A stretch of 64,000 bases of DNA from Candidatus Bathyarchaeota archaeon (GCA_963807605.1 CAWECG010000003.1:1024001-1088000), one strand, 5' to 3'; positions 48,012 to 59,313 are shown, counted from the first letter of the stretch. The notes: a model not told the origin generated them from the sequence alone. Numbers and translations are program-made.

Positions 48012-49201
48012 AGAGGTTGGAAGAAAGAGGTAGAGTTGCACTTGCATATTCAGGAGGTCTTGATTCAACACTCCTTATGATCCTTCTCAAGGAACACTAC
48101 AGATTCAGCGAAGTCATACCTGTCCTAGTCGATGTGGGTCAAGGAGAGGAAGAGATAACCATAGCCAGAGAGCGGGCTGAGAAACTAGACAAGAGAATCG
48201 TCTTTTTCGACTCTAAGACGGAGTTCACAAAAGACTACACCTTCAAATGCATAAAGGCAAACGGTAACTACGAAGGGTACCCAGTAGGAACCTCAATGTC
48301 GAGGGTGCTCATCGCCTCAAAGGTCTCAGAGATTGCTAGACGAGAGAAGGCGGAAGCTGTAGCTCACGGCTGCACCGGAAAGGGAAACGACCAGTTCAGA
48401 ATGGAGAACGCCTTCAGATACTATGTGCCAGAGATGAAGATCGTAGCACCTGTAAGAGAACTAGACCTTTCAAGACCTAAAGAAGAAGAGATCCTCCGAC
48501 AACACGGGATCCAGCCTGAAAGGAGAAGAGGAACGCTCGGCGGAGACGTGAACATGTGGTCCCACTCGATCGGCAGTGGCCAAGTCGAAGATCTGACATC
48601 ACAGTACCTGAAAGATTACATCTGGGCTGTCACACCTGAGGACGCCCCAGACAAGCCAACTGAGATGAGCCTCACATACGAAAGAGGGATTCCCGTGGAG
48701 CTGAATGGGGTAAAGGATCCTGTGAGAATCATCTTGGAACTAGACAGGATAGGAGGAGCCAACGGAATAGGGAGAATAGATATCATTGAAGATGGCATAC
48801 TCGGGCTCAAGTCAAGAGAACTCTATGAGGCTCCAGCAGCAAGCATTCTTCTGACAACACACGCCGATCTCGAGGGCTTAACCTTGACAAAAGAGCAACG
48901 GAGACTTAAACGCGAGCTGGATAGAGTGTGGGCTGACATGGTCTACCACGGAATGTGGCTTCATCCGCTAAGGCGGGATATAGAGGCCTTCATAGACTCA
49001 ACACAGCAGTATGTAAGCGGGAAGATAACCTTCAAGATGTTCAAGGGTACGCTTGAGGTCGTGAGACGCGAATCCGACAGATCACTTTTCGCACCCGAAC
49101 TGCGTTCAGTCAAAAAGGGCGGCTTCGATCAAAGAGAGGCTACAGGAGCGGTCAAGCTCTCAGGGCTACAATACCAGCTGTTCAGAGAAAAGGGAAGATA
49201 A
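48008..49201 (+). CDS. argG: Argininosuccinate synthase
   Basis: LAYSGGLDS, HGCTGKGNDQFR, KSRELYEAP. Confidence 0.96.
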   Translation: MKRLEERGRVALAYSGGLDSTLLMILLKEHYRFSEVIPVLVDVGQGEEEITIARERAEKLDKRIVFFDSKTEFTKDYTFKCIKANGNYEGYPVGTSMSRVLIASKVSEIARREKAEAVAHGCTGKGNDQFRMENAFRYYVPEMKIVAPVRELDLSRPKEEEILRQHGIQPERRRGTLGGDVNMWSHSIGSGQVEDLTSQYLKDYIWAVTPEDAPDKPTEMSLTYERGIPVELNGVKDPVRIILELDRIGGANGIGRIDIIEDGILGLKSRELYEAPAASILLTTHADLEGLTLTKEQRRLKRELDRVWADMVYHGMWLHPLRRDIEAFIDSTQQYVSGKITFKMFKGTLEVVRRESDRSLFAPELRSVKKGGFDQREATGAVKLSGLQYQLFREKGR

Positions 49202-49240
49202 GACTCCGCAATACCCGAGAGGCCATTAGTAGATATCTTT

Positions 49241-50202
49241 CTAGATCGCCCGCAACGCCACTGCTTTATCATTCAGATCCTTGAAGAGAATTGAAGATAA
49301 GTACCTTTCACCAGTATCAGGAAGTACCGTTACTATTAGCTTGTTCTTGTTCTCTGGCCGCTTCGCAATCTGAATAGCCGCAAATACTGCCGCTCCGCTG
49401 GATATACCGCACAAGATTCCTTCTTCCCTAACAAGTCGCCTAGCCGTGTCGACGGCCTCCTCATTCTTCACCCTGAATATTTCATCGACAAGATCTAACT
49501 TCATAACCTCAGGAATGAAGCCGGCTCCGATCCCCTGGATCTTGTGAGGAGCCGGTTTTCCTCCTAAGAGTACTGGTGAGTCGAATGGTTCGATGGCCAC
49601 TATTTTCAAACCAGGTTTCTTAGGTTTGATCACTTCGGCAACACCTGTTATGGTTCCGCCAGTTCCGACGCCGGCCACGAAAATGTCTACTCGTCCCTCA
49701 GTGTCTTCCCAGATCTCGATGGCTGTTGTTTCCCGGTGAATCTTAGGGTTTGCGGGATTCTTGAATTGTTGCGGTACGAAGGACTTGGGAATGGTCTTGG
49801 CTAGTTCCTCAGCTTTCTCAACAGCTCCTCCCATGCCTTTTGCTCCCGGAGTCAATACGAGCTCTGCACCGTAGGCCATCAGCAAGGTTCTTCTTTCCAG
49901 GCTCATCGTGTCCGGCATAGTCAAATCAGTCTGTAGCCTTTCACGGCTGCGACCATTGCCAGTCCTATGCCGGTATTGCCACTAGTGGGCTCAATTATTA
50001 CTGAGTCTTGTTTCAACAGTCCCTGTTTTTCAGCTTCATCGATCATGCTTAAACAGATTCTATCTTTTACGCTCCCACCTGGATTTCGAGCTTCAAGCTT
50101 TGCAAGAATTGTCGCGTCAAGTCCCGCAGTCAACTTGTTCAGTTTGACTAGGGGAGTTGTTCCTATCGTCTCAAGGACGTTTCCATAGATTTTACTTGTC
50201 AT
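49241..50202 (-). CDS. cysK: Cysteine synthase A, frameshift near 49922
   Basis: NPGGSVKDR and PTSGNTG in one ORF; GVGTGGT and HKIQGIGAG in the other. Confidence 0.93.
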
Positions 50203-50563
50203 CAAACCGTCTCCAAACATCTTTCCCGGAGTTCCGGGGTTCTTAGTCTATATGCCTAAATCAATATCTAGTTGCCTGTGATACTCCTTTAGGAATTGTG
50301 TTCCGATAAGAACAATGTACGTATTTCTTTTTTGATCCTCAGCAGGAACTCTAGCGCGCGCTAGCTTGAGAGTTTCGGAGCTAACTTAGCCGTCATGCCC
50401 AAGACGAGTGTGTTATCTCTCTCGGCCGACTCGTTGACATTGGGATTGCTAAGTGTGGGTTCTAATGATCTGCTCGAACGAGACATCGCAAACATACGCA
50501 CAATAAAGGACAACATGAGTATGCAATAGTGTCGCCAAAACTCTTCCTTCAAAGCTAATTCTT

Positions 50564-50794
50564 CTAGCAGATCATCTTAGCGCCGCATTTTCGACATTTC
50601 TTCTTGTGTGGAATGTTTACCGCGCCGCATTCCGGGCAACGTCTAAAAGTGCGCTCAGGCGTGAAGGATCTTCCACAACTGATACAATTCTTGATATCAG
50701 GTGGGTTCTCAGTTTTGCATTGAGGACATATCAAGACTTTCAAACCTTTGAGAATCGCTGGGGTAAGACGATTAAGTCCTGTGAAGCAGGACAA
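50564..50794 (-). CDS. Double zinc-ribbon protein
   Basis: Four CxxC pairs. Confidence 0.75.
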   Translation of the reverse strand: MSCFTGLNRLTPAILKGLKVLICPQCKTENPPDIKNCISCGRSFTPERTFRRCPECGAVNIPHKKKCRKCGAKMIC

Positions 50795-51003
50795 CTTACA
50801 TATGAACTTTAGCTGGTTCAGGTCAGCTGTAGGCCTACCGTCTATAGCTTAGCATGCCCCTTACGGACAAAAATTGAATAAAATCATCCCTCTTAGCCCC
50901 AGAATTAGCCGAGTTGTAAATCCAGCATTCTCACTGTAGGCTAGCCTATAGTAACAACTAATTAATACATGAATTACTGCATACATAATGCTAGGAATCG
51001 TAG

Positions 51004-52626
51004 ATGAGGCGAATTCCCCTTCAGTCATACTTTACAGTTTTTTTGGTCATAACCCTCCTTTTGCTTCCGCTTACTAGGCCACTCGGTGTCCAAGCGCAGA
51101 GCGTGAGTACGGTACACACATATGTGAATATTACACCAACTTGTGCTCTGCCTGGTCAGAAAATGACAGTGACAATCAACGTAAGTGTCACAGGCACTGG
51201 CGGTGGGGGTGTTGCTCCTGTTGATGTTTCTCTGGTGATTGATAGAACAGGCAGCATGTTTGGACAGAAATTTGCGGATGCTCAGGCTGCAGCAGAAGCC
51301 TTTGTTGAAACCCTACAGAATACAGATAGAGCTGATGTGATAGGTTTCAGTACGACTGTCCAGATCGCAAGAGATTTTACGTGGGCTAATACGACTGGAA
51401 AGGCTGCACTTGTGACTGGTATAGAAAATATAATACCTCCTTACGGCTACACAAATCTCTACGCTGGATTGCAGGCAAGCGTGCAAAACACTACAGCTAA
51501 AGGAAGAGCCGTTGCCAGCAAAGCTATAATCCTCCTAACTGACGGTAGACCGAATGTTGGTGTAACTACATCTTCAAAATTCATACAGTTAGCCCAAAGT
51601 GCTTCTGCAAACAACATTAGAGTTTATACAATTGGGCTTGGTGGGCCTTTAGTATCAGATCCTGTGAATGCATCGTTGCTGCAGGATATAGCGACCGCAG
51701 GTAATGGGCAATATTTCTTTGCTCCAACAAGCTCTCAGCTTAAAACCATATACCTCCAGCTTTCTACTCTCATCAGAGGACCTCCCGCCGAGAATGTCCG
51801 TGTCACGGAGACGCTGCCAACCTCAATCGTAACCTATGATAATGATGCATCTCAGCCGCCAAACTCTACAACTACGAATACGCTCTTCTGGCAAATCCCA
51901 CTTATAGCGGTGGGAACCTATTGGTCGGTCACATTCACTGTCACCGCGCAGAAACGTGTAGCCGTCGTGCCGACCATCAGCCAAACAACTGTCATCTACG
52001 ATCAAGCTGGACAGCTAGACATACGGATAGACCAACCACCGGCCATGACAGTTACACAAGTTGCAGTAACCAGCATGGGAGCATCAACTACCACTGCAAC
52101 TCAAGGCACCGTAGTAAATTACAACGCGACAATTGTAAATCTAGGATTGACCGCAGAAACCTTCGTTGTAGGCCTCATTGTCAATACAACCAGCGTTGGG
52201 CAGACCTCAGTCACCCTTGCCAACGGGACTTCAACAGTCGTACATTTCAGCTGGAATACTACAAACACGTCTCCCGGAACTTACAACGTCTACATAATCG
52301 CCGACCCTGGCAAGACCATAAGCTGCGAGGACCTCACAAATACCACCAGAACAACGACGTTGACTATTACGCCGCAAGCTGTAGGCTCAATACTTCCATT
52401 GTTGCTGATAATCTTAATTCCACTGGCGATAATTCCTATTGCTGCCGCAGCATTGTTGGGTAAAAGGAGAAGGTACGGATCGCCCCCGCGCTCGGTGCCT
52501 CGGGCTGTCAGTGGCCCCCTTAGCATGGTGCCTGCGCGTATGCTCTGTGCTAGGTGTGGCGTGCCCTTGGTGTACTATCCTGACGCCGGAAAGTGGTATT
52601 GTGCCCGCTGCGGAAAATATGCCTAA
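51004..52626 (+). CDS. vWA-domain surface protein with CARDB-like domain, TM anchor and C-terminal zinc ribbon
   Basis: DRTGSM and LLTDG motifs; signal peptide; CARC...CARC tail. Confidence 0.85.
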   Translation: MRRIPLQSYFTVFLVITLLLLPLTRPLGVQAQSVSTVHTYVNITPTCALPGQKMTVTINVSVTGTGGGGVAPVDVSLVIDRTGSMFGQKFADAQAAAEAFVETLQNTDRADVIGFSTTVQIARDFTWANTTGKAALVTGIENIIPPYGYTNLYAGLQASVQNTTAKGRAVASKAIILLTDGRPNVGVTTSSKFIQLAQSASANNIRVYTIGLGGPLVSDPVNASLLQDIATAGNGQYFFAPTSSQLKTIYLQLSTLIRGPPAENVRVTETLPTSIVTYDNDASQPPNSTTTNTLFWQIPLIAVGTYWSVTFTVTAQKRVAVVPTISQTTVIYDQAGQLDIRIDQPPAMTVTQVAVTSMGASTTTATQGTVVNYNATIVNLGLTAETFVVGLIVNTTSVGQTSVTLANGTSTVVHFSWNTTNTSPGTYNVYIIADPGKTISCEDLTNTTRTTTLTITPQAVGSILPLLLIILIPLAIIPIAAAALLGKRRRYGSPPRSVPRAVSGPLSMVPARMLCARCGVPLVYYPDAGKWYCARCGKYA

Positions 52627-52701
52627 GAAATGGAAATCGGGTCAGGCTCGCCCCAAACCTCCCCATCTTCTTTGCTCGTATTGAATAAGCAACTAACCTA
52701 C

Positions 52702-53994
52702 TTACTTTGCTTGCGAGCAGTTGAGTCCCAGAATCTTCTTGGCTTTTTGGGAAGCTTCTTCGTGGATCTCTCTGAATGGCCTCTTCAACTTCAGAGCTAG
52801 ATCTCTGATATCGTCATACTCGGGTTTCAGGTTCGTAATCTTGCCCAGACGATCCTTAGCTATCTTCACATTGACCTCGACCTTCACCCCCGCAATATCG
52901 AGTTGAACTTTTCTATTCTCGCGCATTACGATCCTTCGGTGGCACGGATGTACTCTAACGCCGAGCGTCCCTGTCTCCAACATCAGTATCTCCGTGAGTG
53001 AGTCCACATCTTTCTCTTCAGCCATAACGCTGATGATCCAGCCGGGACGAGATTTCTTCCCGTAAATTGGTGTGATCGAAACGTCCCTGGCACCGGCTGA
53101 GGCAAGCCTCTCTACGGCATAGCCAATAGTCTCGCCAGTAACATCGTCAAGATTTGTTTCGAGTAGAACCACTAGATCCTCCGGGATCTCTGTTTTACAT
53201 GCTTCTCCAACCACTATCCTGAGAATATTAGGGACGTCGTCGTAATCCCTCTCTCCTGCACCGTAACCGATGGTCTGAGGCTTCATGGGTGGGAAATGTC
53301 CCAGACTCTTTTGAGCCAGATTCGTAAGGATTGATACGCCTGTCGGGGTGGAAAGTTCAAAGTCTACCGGTCCCCCAATGATTGTAAATCCCTTTCTGGT
53401 CAGGATCTCAAGCGTCGCTGGAGCAGGTGAAGCTACGGTACCGTGTGAGAAATGTAGTAGGCCACCTCCAACTGCTACAGGGGTTGCGTAGACTCTAGTG
53501 TTATTGAAGGCCGCTAGATCATCTAGGGCTTTGGCTGAACCAATTATATCCACGATAGTGTCGACGGACCCTGCTTCATGGAGAATGACTTCCTTACTAC
53601 TTCCTCTATGGAGTCTGGTCTCTGTTTCAACCAATGTTCTAATCGATTTCTCAGCAAAGTCTCGTGCTGGTGTTGACAGCTTCAATGACCGAGCTGTCTC
53701 TGCGACAACTCTGATTAGTTCAGAGCCAGACCGGTGCTCTACAGTCTCAGTAACTTCGATCTTGATCTGTTTAGCTCGGAACCCACTTCTGCTGACCTCA
53801 GTGAAATTAACATCGATCCTGTTACAACCCTCGACATGTTCTTTTATCGATCTAATGGCATCCAGAACTTCATCTGGATTGGTGCTCAAGTCTAGAAGTG
53901 CAGCAACCATCATATCCCCTGATATGCCGGCTGCCTGACAATCGATCACCACTACTCTCTGACTGTCGCTCATTTCCATCAGATTCTCAACCAA
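52702..53994 (-). CDS. larC: Nickel pincer cofactor nickel insertase
   Basis: GISGDM, HEAGSVD, PAPAT, TPTG, ETNLDD, ETGTLGVR, KPEYDD. Confidence 0.93.
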   Translation of the reverse strand: MVENLMEMSDSQRVVVIDCQAAGISGDMMVAALLDLSTNPDEVLDAIRSIKEHVEGCNRIDVNFTEVSRSGFRAKQIKIEVTETVEHRSGSELIRVVAETARSLKLSTPARDFAEKSIRTLVETETRLHRGSSKEVILHEAGSVDTIVDIIGSAKALDDLAAFNNTRVYATPVAVGGGLLHFSHGTVASPAPATLEILTRKGFTIIGGPVDFELSTPTGVSILTNLAQKSLGHFPPMKPQTIGYGAGERDYDDVPNILRIVVGEACKTEIPEDLVVLLETNLDDVTGETIGYAVERLASAGARDVSITPIYGKKSRPGWIISVMAEEKDVDSLTEILMLETGTLGVRVHPCHRRIVMRENRKVQLDIAGVKVEVNVKIAKDRLGKITNLKPEYDDIRDLALKLKRPFREIHEEASQKAKKILGLNCSQAK

Positions 53995-54115
53995 CTACGT
54001 GTCCTCGTCATTACTAAACAGCAAAAAAATCTTGAATGAGAAGGACATCAGAACTTCAACGCTGACTTCTTTAAAGCTTTATTTGGTCTGGCCTCGATTT
54101 ATTGTTTGAAAAGTT

Positions 54116-55024
54116 TTGGATCTCATTGCGGATTTCAGAAAGTCTGTCGAGGTTCTAAGATCTAATCTCCTACTCTTTCTTCCAGCGCTAATAATATTCT
54201 ACCTCATCCCGGTGGCACTTCTGATAGTGGCTGCTTATGTCTTTGTGCCCATAATTGTTGTTGCTCTCAAAGGGGCATCTCCTCTGTCAACGTTACCTCA
54301 GGGACTGCTCTTAGGTGCCACCATAATCATTGTGCTCGCTGTGTTAGCTTATGTCTATGTTCTTTCTGGAGCGGCTAATCTGAACCATAAGGCCGTTCAG
54401 ACAGGAAGAACATCGATGGACGATTTCTGGGAGGGCTGCAAGAAGTATTTTGGCAAAGTCCTTGGAGGGGTCATTCTGCTGGGCATAATCTACGGCATAA
54501 TCATAGCGATAGGCGTTATTCTGACATTATCGATAATCCTTCCAAACATAGCAAGTATGACTTTTCCAGAGAGCCTAGGTGAATTTCCAATTCGAGCCTT
54601 TGAACCTGAAAGGTTTGCGAGACTTACCTCTTGGTTGCTGGAAGTCTTCAAGATGATTTCAGACCCGCTTTGGATCTGGCTTGTGCTCTCTACCGCCGCC
54701 GGGTTAATCTTCATATTCACCCTATTCTGGGTTCAAGCCTTGGTAGTTGATGAGGTCGGAATTCTCAGAGCAATAGGTAGAAGCATCAAATTCGTAAAGA
54801 ACAATTTCAAGACAACTCTCGGAATAATTGGCTTGTGGATTATTGCTCAAGGATTCACACGAGCAATATTCCCTGGTGGAGGGATGGGGGGCGGAGGGCC
54901 AGGATATGGTTACGGATTCGGTTTTCCGCCTCCACTTCAAGCAATCTTTCAATTGCTCATTGCAACATTCTTCACGCTTCTACTATACACTGTGTATATG
55001 GACAAGACCGGAAAGGTAGTGTAG
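54116..55024 (+). CDS. Multi-pass membrane protein
   Basis: About 6 hydrophobic helices. Confidence 0.7.
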   Translation: MDLIADFRKSVEVLRSNLLLFLPALIIFYLIPVALLIVAAYVFVPIIVVALKGASPLSTLPQGLLLGATIIIVLAVLAYVYVLSGAANLNHKAVQTGRTSMDDFWEGCKKYFGKVLGGVILLGIIYGIIIAIGVILTLSIILPNIASMTFPESLGEFPIRAFEPERFARLTSWLLEVFKMISDPLWIWLVLSTAAGLIFIFTLFWVQALVVDEVGILRAIGRSIKFVKNNFKTTLGIIGLWIIAQGFTRAIFPGGGMGGGGPGYGYGFGFPPPLQAIFQLLIATFFTLLLYTVYMDKTGKVV

Positions 55025-55165
55025 CCGCCGCGAGTACACTCAACAGTTAGGTTGCATAGGTTAGAACCGGTTTGTTGCTCTCTCGGGTCTGACTCTATCT
55101 ATGTAACTATCGCCAAGGAATTGCAGCCCAAGATCGCACTAAGAGTATATACTGGTAGTTCACCC

Positions 55166-56301
55166 CGCGCGAGCTTCTTGCAATATTATATTTTCTGTGT
55201 TAATTTTGTGAACTGGATTGGTGACCGCATTTTATCGATGTGTCCGTGCTTGATCGCGGATAAGGCAGTTGCCAGTAGAGCCAGCAGACAGAGAAGTACA
55301 TGTGATATGACGTTTCTTAGGCCGCGTGTTCGAAGCTGAGACAATCCGAAGTGTGTCTTGAGTCTTGAGAATGTTCTCTCCACTGAGGATCGACGTTTAT
55401 ACAGTTGTTTCAGACGGGCAGGTCCGTGTGAGCGGAACTTCCGGTCGATTCGTAGAACCTGTTTGCCCTTCATCTGGTTTCTAGGGTAAGGTATGATTGG
55501 TTCTATGCCCATAGATCTTGCCTTGTCTCTGAAAGCTTCGCTGGAGTATTGTGAGTCTGCAGTCATGCTCTTCCACCTATGTTTCTTCTTCAATGCTTTA
55601 TGGAGGAGGTGGGGTGCAACTTTTTTCTCATTTACATTTGCAGGTTCTATGGTGACTGCCCGCGGCATCTCGCTGATGGTGTCTACAGCAAGGTGTATGC
55701 CGTAGCCTAAGATCACGTTTCTACCTTGTTTTCGTAATCTGGCTTCAGAATCGGATAATCCACACTGGGTATTGTGAGGATCTCTTCGACTGTAAGCTTT
55801 GATGAATGTGACGTCTAACGCTAGGATTTCAGAGTCCAGAATGTCCATGTGGTCAAGCTGTTTGATCAGACGGTTCATGAGGCGGTGAAATCCTTGAGGG
55901 CCTATTCTACGTCGAAACCTCAGAAGTATTGATGGGTGATATGGATTCTCTGATTCCTTGATGTCGCAGAGTTTGCAGAGTTCACCGTCGCTCCATAGAA
56001 GTCGGTATAGTTCCTCGTAGCTTTCTATGTGTCTTAGCCGTTTGACAAGCTCTGCTTTGAACATTCCAAGTAAATTTCTATGGGGTCTGCCGACGCTGCT
56101 TCTTCTTCCATAGCTTCTTTCTAAGACTTGTTCTACAAACGTTAAATCCAAAGCCTGAAACAGATCATACAGAGCCTTACACTCGCTCACTTCTTTTTCA
56201 CCAGAAACGGCATGAGTGGGTGTAAAGCTCATCGATCTTATGATCAAAAACACGTATACATCTTCATGTTAAGCCCAAGAATATTGCAAGAGGCTAGCGC
56301 G
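55166..56301 (-). mobile_element. IS element (IS5/IS1182-like DDE) with terminal inverted repeats
   Basis: CGCGCGAGCTTCTTGCAATATT (55166) matches the reverse complement of 56280-56301 at 20/22. Confidence 0.88.
55186..56253 (-). CDS. DDE transposase
   Basis: ALDVTFIKA, GYGIHLAVD, ADSQYSS, YKRRSSVERTFSRLK. Confidence 0.92.
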   Translation of the reverse strand: MFLIIRSMSFTPTHAVSGEKEVSECKALYDLFQALDLTFVEQVLERSYGRRSSVGRPHRNLLGMFKAELVKRLRHIESYEELYRLLWSDGELCKLCDIKESENPYHPSILLRFRRRIGPQGFHRLMNRLIKQLDHMDILDSEILALDVTFIKAYSRRDPHNTQCGLSDSEARLRKQGRNVILGYGIHLAVDTISEMPRAVTIEPANVNEKKVAPHLLHKALKKKHRWKSMTADSQYSSEAFRDKARSMGIEPIIPYPRNQMKGKQVLRIDRKFRSHGPARLKQLYKRRSSVERTFSRLKTHFGLSQLRTRGLRNVISHVLLCLLALLATALSAIKHGHIDKMRSPIQFTKLTQKI

Positions 56302-56471
56302 CTACCCAACAATATTGTGGGTACAACCCTTGCCAGAATGATTCTTCAGCACCGGCCTAAGTCGACAGCACGGGTCCGTCCCAAAGCTCCTGGGGTGGGA
56401 TTTGAATGGGAGAGTTAGCTACAGCTTACGTAGTGGTGAATAGCAACGACAGCTGGGAAGCCTCAGCGTCT

Positions 56472-57251
56472 TCAATTGAGCCTCCATATCGCGATCTGTT
56501 CTGTCCTTCTATACTGAATCTTCCTTTCTGCCGCCTCTACTGACAGTGACGAATGCACTTCTCGTATTACCTTCTCAAGCACATCGTCTGGAATGTCAAG
56601 AGTACGCCTGAAAGCACGTTTCTCGATGTAAGACAATCTGTCATTGATGCTTGTCTCAATCAATTCATCTTGAAGGTTAATCAGTTCCGTTGGCGGGATA
56701 GTTGCCAGAAGCTCTCTTTCCTTTCTTCGCCACTCACCGGCATGGATAGACAAAGTATATCCAACCTTTGCCGCGGCTTCTTGAAGAGCTTGCCACATCA
56801 AGTTATTGCCGCCCCCGTACGGTTCGCTATCTTGTTGTTTCCGGACGAGTGCGACGATCTCCTTCGTGACCACGCCGGTAACACTTCGAAAGATTCCGAC
56901 CGGGTCTTCAAATATGTGAAGAACGTGAACGAAAATTGCCGCATCAAACGACCTCGCTTTTATGGGCAAGTGACTTGCATCTGCCAGAATTAGCCTCTTG
57001 ATTCTCTTTTCTCTCGCCCTCTGAATCATGCCTATAGAGATGTCCACACCGACAATCTTGAGATTCCTGTCCTGAAGTGGTTTCGCAACTCGTCCCGTTC
57101 CTACTCCTAACTCTAATATGGTGCTACATCCGTCTCTTGCGAGAATGCTAACGATCTTTTCGACGGTTGCCTTCTTCAGTGGAGTTCTCGTCTCATCATA
57201 AACTTGTGAAATCCTATCAAACTGGGTAGCCGTGTTTATGACTTGGCTCAT
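56472..57251 (-). CDS. Class I SAM-dependent methyltransferase
   Basis: LELGVGTGR, GVDIS, ADA..LP. Confidence 0.88.
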   Translation of the reverse strand: MSQVINTATQFDRISQVYDETRTPLKKATVEKIVSILARDGCSTILELGVGTGRVAKPLQDRNLKIVGVDISIGMIQRAREKRIKRLILADASHLPIKARSFDAAIFVHVLHIFEDPVGIFRSVTGVVTKEIVALVRKQQDSEPYGGGNNLMWQALQEAAAKVGYTLSIHAGEWRRKERELLATIPPTELINLQDELIETSINDRLSYIEKRAFRRTLDIPDDVLEKVIREVHSSLSVEAAERKIQYRRTEQIAIWRLN

Positions 57252-57303
57252 TTACCTTTCACCGGGCCGTCATTGATCTGTGCTCATGAAAGAAGATGAG
57301 TTT

Positions 57304-57338
<35 letters not shown>

Positions 57339-57628
57339 CTTCCCTGCCCTAATCAAACTTGCACTGCTGGGTCTCTTACACTTTCCGTCGTCCTACCATT
57401 ATCGGATTTGACAAGTGCGAATGGGTTTAGACAGGGTCCACGTTGAACCCGTTCCGCAGTGCTCGCCTCAGATGCCAGAGTTTTAAACACGCTACTTGTT
57501 ACCTCATGAAAAGTTTTGCTGGCATGGTTGATTGCTCCGCTTGGGGTGGAAAAATTGAACGTGATGACTTGCAATATGTGAAATGGGTGAGGGCGTAAGA
57601 CCTGAGCAATCATAAATGTCAAGATTCC

Positions 57629-57750
57629 ATGATAGAAGTTAAGGATCTGACCAGGAGTTTCGGGACGCTCATAGCCATCAGCAAACTGACTTTTGCGGTC
57701 AGCCAGGCGAAGTCTTCGGTTTGCTGGAGCCGAAATGATGCGGCGTCTTG
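57629..57750 (+). pseudogene. ABC transporter ATPase N-terminal remnant
   Basis: MIEVKDLTRSFGTLIAISKLTFAV, then a shifted GEVFG; Walker A destroyed. Confidence 0.55.
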
Positions 57751-57809
57751 AGATTGCTAGGAAGCTCATCCATTACCGGAATGTCCTGTTTCTCGCGCGC
57801 GCGTAGTCT

Positions 57810-58185
57810 AAGCCTACTATGAGGCCTATTCATCTATCGAAGCTACTAGTTCATGGGGTATATGAGCGTAGAATCTACGCACAAAATCATAGTATGATAA
57901 GCATAGGTTCATAGTGCTTCTAAGCTTCATCAAAGCTTGCTCAAGCTTAACCTAAGCTTAACGCCAAGCTTCCCCAGCTTCAGCTAGAACCATATACGAA
58001 TACAGCTAATATAAGCTTAGGAAGCTTGAAGAAGCTTATCTTAAGCTTATGATAAGGCTTGAAAGCTATGCTTTAGAGGCTTCATCATACTAACTTTAAG
58101 GCTTGATAGTATGCTTTGGGATGATGAAATACTATAACTTTTGATGATGAAACTATGCTAATCATCATCTATAATCATGATTGAA
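57810..58185. repeat. Non-coding array of phased AAGCTT palindromes and ATGATG/CATCAT motifs
   Basis: Exact AAGCTT at 57922, 57933, 57943, 57954, 57966, 58013, 58022, 58032 and 58043, plus variants. Confidence 0.9.
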
Positions 58186-59302
58186 GCGCGCTGGGTTGTC
58201 CCGATATTAGCGTTTTCATGTTAGGTTTGTCCAGTGTGTTATGCTTCTGGTTTTGGTGGGTTGTTTGGTGTTGTGTGAGGCTTCTATGGTGTAGAGTAGG
58301 CATAGTATGCAGTAGCTGGTGTGGATGGTGATGTTTTCTAAGCCTCTTGTTTTGTGATTGTTGAGGGTGAGGTGTTCTTTGAGTGATGCGAAGACGAGCT
58401 CTATGGTTGAGCGTTTCTTGTAGATGCGTTTGAGGTTTTCTGGGCCGTGTGTTTTGAAGTCGCTGGTTACTCTGAGGATGTTTTGTCTTTCAGGGTTCTG
58501 GTTGGCTGGGTAGGGTATCGCGGTCTTGATTTTGTGTCTTTTAGCGGTCTCTCTGAGTCTGTTGCTGGAGTATTGACTGTCAGCGGTTAGCTGTCGGATT
58601 CTGATTGCTGTGGTTTTAACTGTCATTTTGAGGAGTGGTATGCTGAGTTTCTTCTCGTTAGTGTTTGCTGGTGAGATGAGGAAGGCTAGGGGTGTCCCTG
58701 TGTCTGCATCGACTGTGAGGTGTAGTTTGTAACCTAGGCTGTATGTGCGGTAGGCTCTTCCTACACGGGCTTCAGGGTCGCTGAAGCCTGTTCTATTGTT
58801 TATGTTGCGTCTGCTGTAGGCTTTGATGAAGGTAGCGTCCATAGCGACTATCCTGGGTTTTGCTATGTGTTTCTTCAGCAACTTCTTGACCTGTTTGTTT
58901 ACTATGCGTCTTAGTCTTCTTGCGCCTAGCCGCTGGTTGAATCTTGAGAGTACCGTCCTACCGTACGCTGGCTCCTCATATCTTATGCCGCATATGTCAC
59001 GTAGCCTCTCATCATGACATAAGTGGCGTTCAAGATCACGCAGACTGCTCATTCTCAGGTAGCGTCTGGCGAGGTGTGCCTTGAAGAGTCCTAAGGGGTT
59101 TCGTGGAGGTTTACCTGGACCGTCTTGATGATAGCAGCTAACAATGAGGCGTTCAACAAACGATAAATCCAGATTACTCAGCAGTGACTCCAGAGTCTCG
59201 TACCCTTCTATCTGGAATCGCCTCCAAGTAGAAGGGTGTGGGGCTCAAACCATATGGATCTTTCCGTGTCAACTCAAAGAATATCGGGACAAGCCCGCGC
59301 GC
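58186..59302 (-). mobile_element. Second IS element (IS5/IS1182-like DDE) with terminal inverted repeats
   Basis: GCGCGCTGGGTTGTCCCGATATT (58186) matches the reverse complement of 59280-59302 at 21/23. Confidence 0.88.
58216..59248 (-). CDS. DDE transposase (frame open upstream of 59052; probable frameshift near the start)
   Basis: MDATFIKA, GYKLHL, ADSQYSS, YKKRSTIE; upstream LDLSFVE...RNPLGLFKA resembles the first transposase. Confidence 0.88.
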
Positions 59303-59313
59303 TACCCTAAACA

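Noticed and set aside
49919-49924. TGA in cysK as selenocysteine or read-through
   Set aside because: The downstream half is in a different frame; one missing T explains it
57810-58185. CRISPR array or classical ORB-containing oriC
   Set aside because: Units are about 11 bp with no unique spacers; no ORB consensus and no cdc6 in the window
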